From contig JAHPZA010000004.1 of the NCBI GenBank assembly GCA_019058445.1, forward strand, positions 290,084 through 354,083: DNA of 64,000 nt, given 5' to 3'. Below, piece by piece: positions 1-9,605 of the stretch. The stretch comes from Promethearchaeota archaeon (GTDB taxonomy: Archaea; Asgardarchaeota; Lokiarchaeia; Sigyniarchaeales; SOKP01). The notes beneath the pieces are model-generated. The model was not told where the DNA came from. It saw only the letters and a list, made by a program, of their open reading frames with translations, and did no database searches. The stretch's first letter is position 1. Each line of letters starts with the position of its first letter. A program made the position numbers and the translations under genes.

Positions 1-95
1 TTACTATTCCAATATAGATTACATATAACATAAGACTTATAAAACCAATTTTTATAATCCCTATTTTAATTAGGTCCTTATGTTGATATGATAAA

Positions 96-800
96 TTATA
101 TCTCATTTTTGAGTTTATCTCGATCATCTCGTTTTTCAATAATGATTTTTATACCATAATTATGACAGTATTTTTCTAAAAAATGTAAAAAATCACTCAC
201 CTCAGAAGTTAAAGAGTTATATTTTAGTGTTATATTTCTAAGATCCTTTAGTTCAATTCTAATGAGGATTTTCTCTCCCGAATATACATTATAAGAATAA
301 TTATATAAAATTTTTATAATTTGATTTGTACTAAACACCGAATTTTTAATTTTATTTTTGTATATATTCATGGTAGTATTATCAAATTCAAAATTGATAA
401 TATTCTTCTTTTCTGCAATATAAGAAATAGAAATATATATTATCCAAAGCTCTGTTCCTGTAATAATTAGAAATTCAATTAAAACATATATCCATGAATA
501 TGATAAGGAGGGATTATAGAATACAATTAAACTAATAATGAGTATCAAACCTAAAAAGATTAGTAAAATATAAGAAAAGTAATTTTTAGAGAGATCTTGA
601 TAAGCAATATAAATGAAATTACAATAAATTGGAAGATAAAACACTAATATTACAATTAAAATGTGTATGTATATTGTTTGTAAGCAATAATTTATTATGA
701 AATTAAATATACTTAAATATATGAGATGAAATAAACCCATTTCTACCAAATAATCCCTTTCGTAAGCAAACAAATAATACATTTCATGATTCTTATCCAT
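96..800 (-). CDS. hypothetical membrane protein (about 4 TM helices plus soluble C-terminal domain)
   Basis: 234-aa ORF with several hydrophobic segments. It overlaps the upstream ORF by 8 nt and is the last gene of a 4-gene minus-strand run. Confidence 0.6.
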   Translation of the reverse strand: MDKNHEMYYLFAYERDYLVEMGLFHLIYLSIFNFIINYCLQTIYIHILIVILVFYLPIYCNFIYIAYQDLSKNYFSYILLIFLGLILIISLIVFYNPSLSYSWIYVLIEFLIITGTELWIIYISISYIAEKKNIINFEFDNTTMNIYKNKIKNSVFSTNQIIKILYNYSYNVYSGEKILIRIELKDLRNITLKYNSLTSEVSDFLHFLEKYCHNYGIKIIIEKRDDRDKLKNEI

Positions 801-1368
801 ATATCTTTTCCCTCCAATTGCCTTCCTTGTAATATAGAGGTTTTTCGGTAAATTTCGATATAATTATACCGAGTTCTCTACAAGTATTTTTTCCATCTTC
901 ATAAATCTTAACTATGTTTATATCTCTAATCGCAAATTTTAAAGAGTAATCGTTAAAACCTTCACATTGAAAATAAAAATAATTAACATGTTTAAAAGAA
1001 ATGATTTTTAATTCTTTAAAACTCGGAGAAACCTTAGCTTCTTTGATAGTTTCTGCTGTTTTATCAAATCTCCATTCTATGATTTTATCTTTATAGTAAA
1101 AATAGAGTACAATAAAAGGGGAAGCAGGAATTAAATAGCTAAGAGAGAGAAAGATAATCCCAATGATTACATCTTCGAGAAAAAATGTTATAAATAAAAA
1201 AAATACCATAATTAAAGGCAATAATATGAAATATAAATATATCTTTGCATATTCCCCTAAGTCCACCCTAATTACAAGGTTTTTTTCATTCAGCGCAATT
1301 TTACAATTTGAGATTTGAAATTTGTGATTAATCATAATTTTATTAACTATTTTATTAAAAAAATTCAT
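793..1368 (-). CDS. hypothetical membrane protein (2 TM plus soluble C-terminal domain)
   Basis: 191-aa ORF with two adjacent hydrophobic helices (residues ~44-92). Confidence 0.6.
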   Translation of the reverse strand: MNFFNKIVNKIMINHKFQISNCKIALNEKNLVIRVDLGEYAKIYLYFILLPLIMVFFLFITFFLEDVIIGIIFLSLSYLIPASPFIVLYFYYKDKIIEWRFDKTAETIKEAKVSPSFKELKIISFKHVNYFYFQCEGFNDYSLKFAIRDINIVKIYEDGKNTCRELGIIISKFTEKPLYYKEGNWREKIYG

Positions 1369-1438
1369 ATTGACAATATTTACAAAATTTTTTTAATTAG
1401 ATATTCAAGATCTTTTTTCTTTACAATTTTTTTATTGA

Positions 1439-2479
1439 TTATCTCCCACCTTTATTTTGAAATCTAATTCTTAAAAAACATTGAGGATCTTCTCCATACT
1501 CAGAACCACAAATAGCTTTTGCAATAGCTCGACAACCACCACATTTTTTCAAAAATTTGCAATTTTTACACTTTCCCTCATAATTATCTCTAGTACGGAA
1601 ATGCTTAAGACAAGAAGAATTCCATATTTCCAAAAAGGAATTATTTCTAATATTACCAATACTCATGTCTAATCTTCTACAGGGCATAATATCACCATTT
1701 TCGATAATACATATTCCTCGAATCCCAGCACTGCATCCGTAACTATTCTTATGTCCTTTATAGGTTAGCCAAAGTGGATCATGTATAGAGATATGAATAG
1801 AATTTCTGAATTTTTTTTTAAAATGTTGAATCTTTTTAAAAATTTTTAAAAGCTCATTTTTGGTTAAAACCTGTTCGAATAATTCTATTCCATTCCCAAT
1901 TGGAACTAACCTTCCTAGTGAAAAACGGGGAATGTTATGTTTGATACAAAGCCGAATAATACCTTCTAGTTCATTCATATTCTTCCGATTTAAAGTGGTC
2001 ATTACAATGGTGTTTATTCCCGCATTTTGACAACAATCCAAACCTTTTAAAGCTTTTCTGAAAGATCCTTTACCCCTGATAAAATCATGAGTTTCTTCCA
2101 ATCCATCTATACTTATTTGGACTATTCTTGTTCCCGCTTTAGATAATTCCGACGCTCTGAATTGGTCGATTAAGGTACCATTAGAAAGTACCATCGTACA
2201 TAAATTTAAACTAGATGCTTTAGAAATATATCTATATAACATCGGATTTAAGATGGGTTCCCCACCTGTAAAATATACCTTTCCTTTCATGTGAAGTATA
2301 TTGATAAAATTGCGAAATTGTTCTAATATATTAAGAATTTCAGCGGATCTGAGTAAATTCTCAGCACTGTCTCGATTAGTTTCCTCATAACAATGTCTAC
2401 ATTTTAAATTACATTTATCTGTGATGTGTAGCTGTAAATAAAATGGGTCTTCCCATGTTTTTTGTTTTTTACACAACAT
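1439..2479 (-). CDS. radical SAM/SPASM domain protein (putative peptide/protein maturase)
   Basis: CNLKCRHC motif, FTGGEP, QISIDG, and SPASM motif CSAG...GDIMPC...CKNC...CGGCRA...DPQC. Confidence 0.93.
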   Translation of the reverse strand: MLCKKQKTWEDPFYLQLHITDKCNLKCRHCYEETNRDSAENLLRSAEILNILEQFRNFINILHMKGKVYFTGGEPILNPMLYRYISKASSLNLCTMVLSNGTLIDQFRASELSKAGTRIVQISIDGLEETHDFIRGKGSFRKALKGLDCCQNAGINTIVMTTLNRKNMNELEGIIRLCIKHNIPRFSLGRLVPIGNGIELFEQVLTKNELLKIFKKIQHFKKKFRNSIHISIHDPLWLTYKGHKNSYGCSAGIRGICIIENGDIMPCRRLDMSIGNIRNNSFLEIWNSSCLKHFRTRDNYEGKCKNCKFLKKCGGCRAIAKAICGSEYGEDPQCFLRIRFQNKGGR

Positions 2480-2533
2480 TTCTTTACTCTTACTCCTATT
2501 ATTTGACTAATTTTAAATTAAAAAAAATTAAAT

Positions 2534-3409
2534 TTAACCTCCACAGCCTCCACAGCCTCCACCGCAACCTCCGCTGCTTCTTCTGCGAGAAGCTCGCTTT
2601 TCACGTATTGCTATTTTTTCTTCGATACTTAATCGGCTCCACCAGATACCGTATGCAGTAATAGGTATAAAAATAATACTTAGAATTATACATAACGGGA
2701 TAAGCATGTTAAGACTCCCTGTAGGATCAGTATCCGTGAGATTAGGTTTACATCTAATGATGATATCACTAGAAATCGAATCTTTCTGCTTAAAAGTATA
2801 GATAAATCTGTCGTGATGTTCGTCAATCTTCTCTTTTCCAGATTCAGAATTATCAATATCTTCTAATTTATAATCTCTAGGAAATATAATACGGTATATC
2901 GCTTTTTTTACATCAATTTTAAATGTTCCAATATTTCTAAGTTCGATTTGTGAATAGGAAAAATATTCTACTATCCATTTTTTCATTAAGAATTTCATTG
3001 TTATAGTCTTGGTTCCCGTAAATCCAGGATGTTCAAATGAGATCTCTTTAAATTTTTTCCCTTTTTTTCCCTCAACTACCTTGTAATCCCATTCTAGCTC
3101 AAGATTTTCATCATCACACACTTCAATTGTATCTCTATCAATTGTACCATCAGATGGTGTTAAAAACCTTTTAAATCCTTCAGTTTTAATTCCTTCTTTA
3201 ACATTATACGTAATATTGATTGTAGCATGGAGATTTAGACCATCAACTTCTAAAACTACTAAATACCTCGATACATAATAGTCTAAGTCATCTTGACTTT
3301 CTGTCTCTGTAGTAGATACCTCCTTTGTTGAGGCTGTTCCAAAACTTAAATTTGTTAAAAATAAACTTAATACAATTGGAACTATTATAAAATACAATTT
3401 TTTTTTCAT
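2534..3409 (-). CDS. single-pass membrane protein with signal peptide, beta-rich ectodomain (DUF2207-like) and Cys/Gly-rich cytoplasmic tail
   Basis: N-terminal KKK plus hydrophobic signal, a TM helix near residues 235-257, and C-terminus RRRSSGGCGGGCGGCGG. A GAGGT SD-like motif lies upstream. Confidence 0.8.
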   Translation of the reverse strand: MKKKLYFIIVPIVLSLFLTNLSFGTASTKEVSTTETESQDDLDYYVSRYLVVLEVDGLNLHATINITYNVKEGIKTEGFKRFLTPSDGTIDRDTIEVCDDENLELEWDYKVVEGKKGKKFKEISFEHPGFTGTKTITMKFLMKKWIVEYFSYSQIELRNIGTFKIDVKKAIYRIIFPRDYKLEDIDNSESGKEKIDEHHDRFIYTFKQKDSISSDIIIRCKPNLTDTDPTGSLNMLIPLCIILSIIFIPITAYGIWWSRLSIEEKIAIREKRASRRRSSGGCGGGCGGCGG

Positions 3410-3487
3410 TACCTCACCCTTTTATTTGTAAATAATTCTATTCTGACACTCAATACTATAATATATAACATAACTATTTAAATGTTA

Positions 3488-3513
3488 TGACATGGATCCA
3501 TACTTCCATGTCA
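3488..3513. promoter_or_regulatory. perfect 9-bp inverted repeat, putative operator between divergent genes
   Basis: TGACATGGA (3488-3496), 8-nt spacer, TCCATGTCA (3505-3513), inside the 141-bp divergent intergenic region. Confidence 0.6.
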
Positions 3514-3550
3514 CTAAAGCTTAAATTAAATATGAAGTATTTATAATATA

Positions 3551-4120
3551 ATGTCAGATCTAAAAAGAAGTCAAAAAAAATCAGTACATGCTACAATCTC
3601 AAATGAATCATATGACATTGTCGAACAATACGAAGATGAATATGGTTCAAAATCTGCCGTAGTCGATGAGGCTATAAAATCATTAAAAAGATTTAAAGAG
3701 CCAAAAATGGGAGATATTAGAGAAATTTGGTGTAGAGCTAGAGATGAATTAAACATGGTGCTGGTAGGAAAAACAACGTTTCTCACCTATATTAAAGGTA
3801 AAATAGATAAAGTTTTTACAAAAAATATTGCTGTTGAAGTTATTGAGTGGTTTCTTGGGAAAAGAATAGATGAGATGGATCTCGAAGAATTTTTATATGG
3901 ACTAAAGGGAATGTGGGAAGTAGCTAATTATTTTTACAAAATTGAATTAGATAAAAATGAAAAGGGGGTCTTTCAGATGAAGTTCAATCATGATTTGACA
4001 AAATCTTATAGTAACTATTGGGCAAAATACTTTGAAACTTTAATAAAAAATCACTGGAAATGTACTGTTGACCCCTTTATTCGGAATGAGTCGTTTTATT
4101 TAATAATTAAAGAAATCTAA
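3551..4120 (+). CDS. putative transcriptional regulator, N-terminal ribbon-helix-helix plus C-terminal ligand-binding (V4R/HNOX-like) domain
   Basis: KSVHATISNESYDIVEQY...SKSAVVDEAI fits the RHH beta-alpha-alpha pattern. Divergent from the radical SAM operon. Confidence 0.6.
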   Translation: MSDLKRSQKKSVHATISNESYDIVEQYEDEYGSKSAVVDEAIKSLKRFKEPKMGDIREIWCRARDELNMVLVGKTTFLTYIKGKIDKVFTKNIAVEVIEWFLGKRIDEMDLEEFLYGLKGMWEVANYFYKIELDKNEKGVFQMKFNHDLTKSYSNYWAKYFETLIKNHWKCTVDPFIRNESFYLIIKEI

Positions 4121-4312
4121 ATTCTAAAAATCACATAAGAATGCGACTATTGAGATATTTTAGTTCAAATATTTAATTTCAATACTGATTTTTAATAGTG
4201 TAGAACCTTTAAATAGTATAAGAACACACTGTTCTGATAATCTAATATACTTTTTTAGTAGATATTTTAAGAAATTTGAATAATCTACTCATTCATGATA
4301 TCCATTCATTTT

Positions 4313-5206
4313 TTATTGAATCGTTTTTTCACTATTCTTTTGTATCTCATTCATAAGTCTTTCAGCTTTCTCAAATTTAGGATTGATCTTTAAACATAGT
4401 TTAATCATATCAATTGCGTCTTCATATCTTTTCATTTTTGAATATACTTTAGCTAAGTTATATGCGGCTTGTTCGTAATTAGGGTCAAGTTCTAAAGCAA
4501 CTTTTAAAGCTTTGATAGCTTCATCATATTCATGCGTGTGGTAATAGGCCAATCCTAGATGATTCCTTACATAAGGATCTTCTTCCTCTTCTTCAAGAAT
4601 GGATCTTTTACATGCATCTATTGCTTGAGGATAATCTTTTTTTTTATTATAGGCAGCCCCCAAATCACACCAAATAGCACTATTCTTTGGATCAACACTT
4701 AACGCTTCTTTAAATAGGTTTATCGCTTGATCATATTGTCCTTTTCTATAATGTTCTATACCGCGTACTTTTAATTCTTGAGGATTTTTTTTAAGAGCAT
4801 CATTTTCTTCATCTACAAAATAATAACTTAAATAATAATGAAAAGATACAATACCAATACCAATTATTGATATACTGCAGATCAATTGATTGATAAGCCA
4901 AATAATCGAAAATAATATAAAATCTGTAATTAAAAAATAGGATATTAAAAATAACACTAAACCAAAAATGAAATAAGTAAGTCCAACGCCAAGAAGAGAA
5001 AGACCAAATTGGTTGCGTGAATCTTTTGATTTTTTCATTTCATCTAGATTTTTAGGACTTCCATGAGCAAGCATACATGCTAATATCATAATAAATATTA
5101 GATTTAATCTAATGTCTATATGTGCCAATATTCCTATTAAAAAACCTGCCATTAACAAAATAATCGCAATTAGATGTAGTAATAAATAATTTCTTCTATG
5201 ATCCAA
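4313..5206 (-). CDS. membrane-anchored tetratricopeptide repeat protein
   Basis: About four N-terminal TM helices followed by about four TPR units (A..L..DP.N...W..LG.AY). Confidence 0.88.
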   Translation of the reverse strand: MDHRRNYLLLHLIAIILLMAGFLIGILAHIDIRLNLIFIMILACMLAHGSPKNLDEMKKSKDSRNQFGLSLLGVGLTYFIFGLVLFLISYFLITDFILFSIIWLINQLICSISIIGIGIVSFHYYLSYYFVDEENDALKKNPQELKVRGIEHYRKGQYDQAINLFKEALSVDPKNSAIWCDLGAAYNKKKDYPQAIDACKRSILEEEEEDPYVRNHLGLAYYHTHEYDEAIKALKVALELDPNYEQAAYNLAKVYSKMKRYEDAIDMIKLCLKINPKFEKAERLMNEIQKNSEKTIQ

Positions 5207-5487
5207 TTTTTTCCCTTTATTTTACATTTCAATTGGTTTATATAACACATTTAAAAAATAATATAAATATTTTTATTTGAATATTAAAAAAATCTAACTT
5301 CTCATCTTTCCAAAAACACTTCTCTCTAATATAAACGATTTAATTGTATTTATTCCACTATAAAGATTTAAAATCTTATACAATTATTATAACAAGTATC
5401 AATAAAATAAAGAATAAAATTTTATATGTTAAAACTATAAAATATCTATAAACTAATTGTCCAAAAAAAAAACATTAGAGTGATGTA

Positions 5488-6027
5488 ATGAGCGATACGG
5501 AAAGTGCCTTCGTTTTTAAAATAACTGTTATAGGAGATGGAGCAGTGGGGAAAACTTCATTAATTAAGAAATACACACAAGGAAGTTTTCAAAAAGATTA
5601 TATCAAGACTTTAGGAGCCCAATTCTCAAAATACGATGAAGAAATAGATGGAAATAATGTAAAATTATTTTTCTGGGATATAGCAGGACAAGCTGAATTC
5701 ATGTTTATGCGCCCCACCTTTTATAAGGGTTCAAAAGCAGCTATTATCGTCTTCTCGCACGGACCAGAAGAAAATGTTAGTTTTGATCACATTACTGATT
5801 GGCACGACGATATTATAAAATACTGTGGAGAATTACCCATAGTGTTGTTTGGAAATAAGATTGATTTAGTAAAAAAAGGCGAAACGGACGATGCAAAAGT
5901 AGAGAATTTAGTAAAAAAACGTAATTTTCTTGGATATTACAAAACAAGTGCCAAAACCGGAAGTGGCGTGTATGAGGCATTTCAAGCAATTATAAAAGAA
6001 TTATATAATAAGTATAAAGACGCATAA
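5488..6027 (+). CDS. Rab-like small GTPase (Ras superfamily)
   Basis: GDGAVGKT, WDIAGQ, NKID and TSAK motifs; no C-terminal Cys prenylation motif. Confidence 0.95.
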   Translation: MSDTESAFVFKITVIGDGAVGKTSLIKKYTQGSFQKDYIKTLGAQFSKYDEEIDGNNVKLFFWDIAGQAEFMFMRPTFYKGSKAAIIVFSHGPEENVSFDHITDWHDDIIKYCGELPIVLFGNKIDLVKKGETDDAKVENLVKKRNFLGYYKTSAKTGSGVYEAFQAIIKELYNKYKDA

Positions 6028-6038
6028 AACGAAATGAC

Positions 6039-6326
6039 ATGTATGATAATCAAGAATATCCGAAAATTCTGTTTTTTTCATCCAATCACTGTGCACCGTG
6101 TAAGCCTGTAGAGGAAATGTTAAAAAGAATAAATATATCTATGTTTGGAAAAAGATTAAATATTGAGAAAATTGATATTGAACAGAGTCATAAAATCACT
6201 AAAGATCACAATATCACGTCCGTACCCACAATTATTATTGCTGATAAAAGATTGGCCGTAGATATTCAAGAAGAAGAAATTATTGATGCGATCTTATATG
6301 GATTTATATCTTCAGTTAAAATTTAA
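6039..6326 (+). CDS. thioredoxin-fold protein (CAPC)
   Basis: CxxC motif (CAPC) and cis-Pro motif SVPT in a 95-aa protein. Confidence 0.85.
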   Translation: MYDNQEYPKILFFSSNHCAPCKPVEEMLKRINISMFGKRLNIEKIDIEQSHKITKDHNITSVPTIIIADKRLAVDIQEEEIIDAILYGFISSVKI

Positions 6327-6373
6327 TAAATGAAAATAATTTAAATGTAAATAGGAAAAAGAAGTGAATAGTT

Positions 6374-6853
6374 ATGGATAGAAATTTACTGTCAAAAATT
6401 TTAACCTTGATGAAACAATATTTAAAAGAGGGAAAATCAATTGGAGATTTAAAATTGGGAAGTCTTTTAGCTTTGGGTCATCAACTTGAAGCCATCTTTT
6501 ATTATCTTGGGCATGAATTAGGGACCACTTTAGAAGCGAAAAAATGTGAAGATGTGGTAAAAATCCCTGAAGAATTAAAAAACCTTGTCTTAGAATACAA
6601 TATTGGAGAGATTTTAATTAAGGAGGCTACTGATGAAATTATTACTTTAAATTTGAAGAACCACAGTTCTACTCGAGATCTAATTGGGAAAGGTATAAAG
6701 AGTGGTGGCAATTTTTGCTCTTTTGAAGCGGGAATGCTTGCTGGAATTGTTGAGCGAATGACCAATATCCACTGTTTCGCTCAAGAATTAAATTGTAGCA
6801 TGCAAACTGGGGAAGATAGCTGCGAATTTATGATAGTATTTCAAAAGGACTAA
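6374..6853 (+). CDS. V4R domain protein
   Basis: C-terminal FCSFEAGMLAGIVE...QELNCSMQTGEDSCEF matches the V4R Cys/Glu pattern. Confidence 0.85.
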   Translation: MDRNLLSKILTLMKQYLKEGKSIGDLKLGSLLALGHQLEAIFYYLGHELGTTLEAKKCEDVVKIPEELKNLVLEYNIGEILIKEATDEIITLNLKNHSSTRDLIGKGIKSGGNFCSFEAGMLAGIVERMTNIHCFAQELNCSMQTGEDSCEFMIVFQKD

Positions 6854-6954
6854 CTTCTTTAGCCTCTAAAATGAATTAATTTTTACTTACAAATTTAAAC
6901 TTAAAATTTATCTATTTTACCTAAAATCAATTTAATGAATGAAGGGGTTTTTTC

Positions 6955-7353
6955 ATTTCGTCATCATACGAGCCACAAGAATTCAAAAAATATATTAGCA
7001 GATGTCCTATTTGTAAAAGAGAATATTATAAGCAGGATATGGTAAAATGTGATCAATGTGGTTTAATTATTTGTTTAAGATGTACCATTATTTCGGGTAA
7101 GTACGGAAACTATTGTAAAAATTGCTTTACAAAATTATCCCATGAGAAAAAGAATCAAATTAGTAAAGCAGCAAAAAAGATGCAATTTTGGGCGAATTAT
7201 GGCTATTATTTGTTTATAATATTACTGGGATGCACCATTTTTTCGTTTAGTCTGTTTTTTCTAAGCTATGTATTTTTTATTACTGGCCTCATTTTTGGGA
7301 TATCCACAGCAATTTATGGCTATGTTCTCCTTCGATTTTTATCTCGATCATAA
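6955..7353 (+). CDS. Cys-rich zinc-finger protein with two C-terminal TM helices (start probably upstream of the listed ATG)
   Basis: The frame is open upstream of ATG 7039 back to a stop at 6940 and adds CPIC, giving CPIC..CDQC..CLRC..CKNC. ATT at 6955 is a candidate start. Confidence 0.6.
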   Translation: MSSSYEPQEFKKYISRCPICKREYYKQDMVKCDQCGLIICLRCTIISGKYGNYCKNCFTKLSHEKKNQISKAAKKMQFWANYGYYLFIILLGCTIFSFSLFFLSYVFFITGLIFGISTAIYGYVLLRFLSRS

Positions 7354-7521
7354 TAATTAACCATGAAAAGACCAGGAGGCCTAAGAATATAATATATTAT
7401 TGGTTAAATTCAGAAAAAAAAATTATCTAAAAATAGGTAATTGCCAGTTAAGAAGAAAATTATTAAAAAGAATGAATTTTATTATTATGAAAAAGAAAAT
7501 AATACTTTTGATTGATTTACA

Positions 7522-8052
7522 ATGACTGATCAGATTGATTATATTGTAAAAATCTGTTTACTTGGAGAGGCTGCTGTGGGAAAGACTTCATTAGTGTACA
7601 GGTTTATCGAGAATAAATTCAGAGATAACTATAAAAGCACTCTTGGAGTAAATTTACTTAAAAAAGACATGGTCATAGATGGGTACGGAGGAGTTAGTGC
7701 CCAGATTTGGGATTTAGGTGGTCAAGAGTCCTTTAAAAGTTTAAGGAAACTTTATCTAGAGGGTGCGAACGGTGCGTTTGTAATTTTTGATACCACTAAA
7801 AGAAATACCTATGATAAGCTTGATGATTGGATCCTAAGTTTCAAGGAATCACGCGGAGAGAGACCTTTATTACTCATTGGTAATAAAATTGACTTGAGTG
7901 ATAAAATAAAAGTAGAAGAATCAGAAGCAAAAGAGTATGCAGAAAAAAATGCAATGCAATTTATTTATACTTCTGCGAAAACTGGCGAAAATGTAGAAAA
8001 AGCTTTTAAGGAACTAGTTAAAACGATTTTAGATGAGGTTTCTAAAGAATAA
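7522..8052 (+). CDS. Rab-like small GTPase
   Basis: GEAAVGKT, WDLGGQ, NKID, TSAK. Confidence 0.95.
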   Translation: MTDQIDYIVKICLLGEAAVGKTSLVYRFIENKFRDNYKSTLGVNLLKKDMVIDGYGGVSAQIWDLGGQESFKSLRKLYLEGANGAFVIFDTTKRNTYDKLDDWILSFKESRGERPLLLIGNKIDLSDKIKVEESEAKEYAEKNAMQFIYTSAKTGENVEKAFKELVKTILDEVSKE

Positions 8053-8324
8053 AATAAGTTAAAACCATATTTTTCTATATTATTCACTTTCTTTTGAGAA
8101 TTTTTAAACTAAAAATGTGCATTCCCTAAAATCTTTGGATCACTCTAAAAATTTGGGGTTTTAAGGTACATTTATTTTTAAATATTACATACGAAAATAA
8201 TATATTTATAAAACCTTTATAAATGAAGAGGTATTTAAATAAAGTACAAAAAAATTGATCATTTAAAATTACCCTTATTTTAAATTTTAATTTAAAATCA
8301 TAATAATCACCTTTAGATGTTAAA

Positions 8325-8987
8325 ATGTCAGAAGAAGAAGAATTTGATGAAGAAGATTTAGACGAGGAAGAAGAAGAGGGAGAATACGATTACGAAACTG
8401 AATTAGATTATAAGATCGAGAATGTAGTCGCAACGGTAAGCGTGGAAATAACAGAGAAGATTGATCTTAATCAAATTGCTCGAAAACACGCTGAAGTTGA
8501 GTATAATCCTGAGCGTTTTCCCGGTCTTGTAATGAGAATTGAAAAACCTCGAGCAACAATATTAATTTTTTCTACGGGTAAAATGGTAGTCACTGGCTTA
8601 AGAAAAGCCGCTGAGGCACCTCGAGTAGTTGAAAAAGTGGTAAAAAACATAAGAAAAGCGGGTATTAAATTATCTAATCCAGAAATTACTATTCAAAATA
8701 TTGTAGCTTCTGGAGATCTCCATACGAATATCGATCTGAATATGGCAGCAATCGTAATGGAATATGCGATGTACGAACCTGAAGTCTTTCCGGGCTTAAT
8801 TTATCGTATGCAGGATCCAAAAACGGTGTTTTTAATTTTCTCTACTGGAAGGATAGTTTGTACCGGTGCTAAACAAAAAGAAATTGTTCGAGATGCCGTG
8901 TTGAAATTAAATCAACAAGTAAGAGAACTAGGCGTCGCAAAAAAGGATATTGGAGACACTGAATATCAAGATATAACTTTTATTTAA
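8325..8987 (+). CDS. tbp: TATA-box-binding protein
   Basis: Two TBP repeats (IENVVA...YNPERFPGL...LIFSTGK and IQNIVAS...YEPEVFPGL...LIFSTGR), with an acidic N-terminal extension. Confidence 0.98.
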   Translation: MSEEEEFDEEDLDEEEEEGEYDYETELDYKIENVVATVSVEITEKIDLNQIARKHAEVEYNPERFPGLVMRIEKPRATILIFSTGKMVVTGLRKAAEAPRVVEKVVKNIRKAGIKLSNPEITIQNIVASGDLHTNIDLNMAAIVMEYAMYEPEVFPGLIYRMQDPKTVFLIFSTGRIVCTGAKQKEIVRDAVLKLNQQVRELGVAKKDIGDTEYQDITFI

Positions 8988-9093
8988 TTTTTTTTTAATT
9001 TTCTTTCATACTTTTTTCCAGATCTAAGCTAGGCTAATCTTTAGTATTAATTCAATTTTGTTCTAAATATTCCTATAAAAAAAAATTCAGGAA

Positions 9094-9453
9094 TTAAATT
9101 TGAATATGCGGTTCATTAAATTCTTTTTTCTCGCTAATAGCTTTTATTGAATTTAAGTATTCATCGTATAAAGCCTTCAACAAATTATATTCTCTTGCCT
9201 TATTGAATGCTAAAAGAAATAACTGTGTTAGAGTTTTCTCATTGTTTTTAATATAGATGTTTTCATGTTCTTGTAGCAGATCACTATATTTATCCAGAAA
9301 ATTACAGAGAATATATCGATTTTCATTTCTTAAGTTCAATTTATTGAGAGCTCCATACATCTTTAGGATTAAAGGCCCTTGGAATTTTATTGAATTATGA
9401 TGTATCGCTTGAAAAGCTTGAAGATATTTGTTTCTTTTAATAACAACAGTCAT
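9094..9453 (-). CDS. hypothetical protein
   Basis: 119-aa ORF filling the space between tbp and the thiolase; no motif recognised. Confidence 0.6.
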   Translation of the reverse strand: MTVVIKRNKYLQAFQAIHHNSIKFQGPLILKMYGALNKLNLRNENRYILCNFLDKYSDLLQEHENIYIKNNEKTLTQLFLLAFNKAREYNLLKALYDEYLNSIKAISEKKEFNEPHIQI

Positions 9454-9605
9454 GTGGGAATAATTTTTCGAATCATTATAATATGATAGTAATACCCAGA
9501 TATTACTGAACTTGTATTTATTACAGTTCTCGTAGTTTTAAAAATTAGCAAACTAGATTATTTGATAAAATAAAATTATATAAAAAAAAACAGTGGAAAA
9601 AAAAA

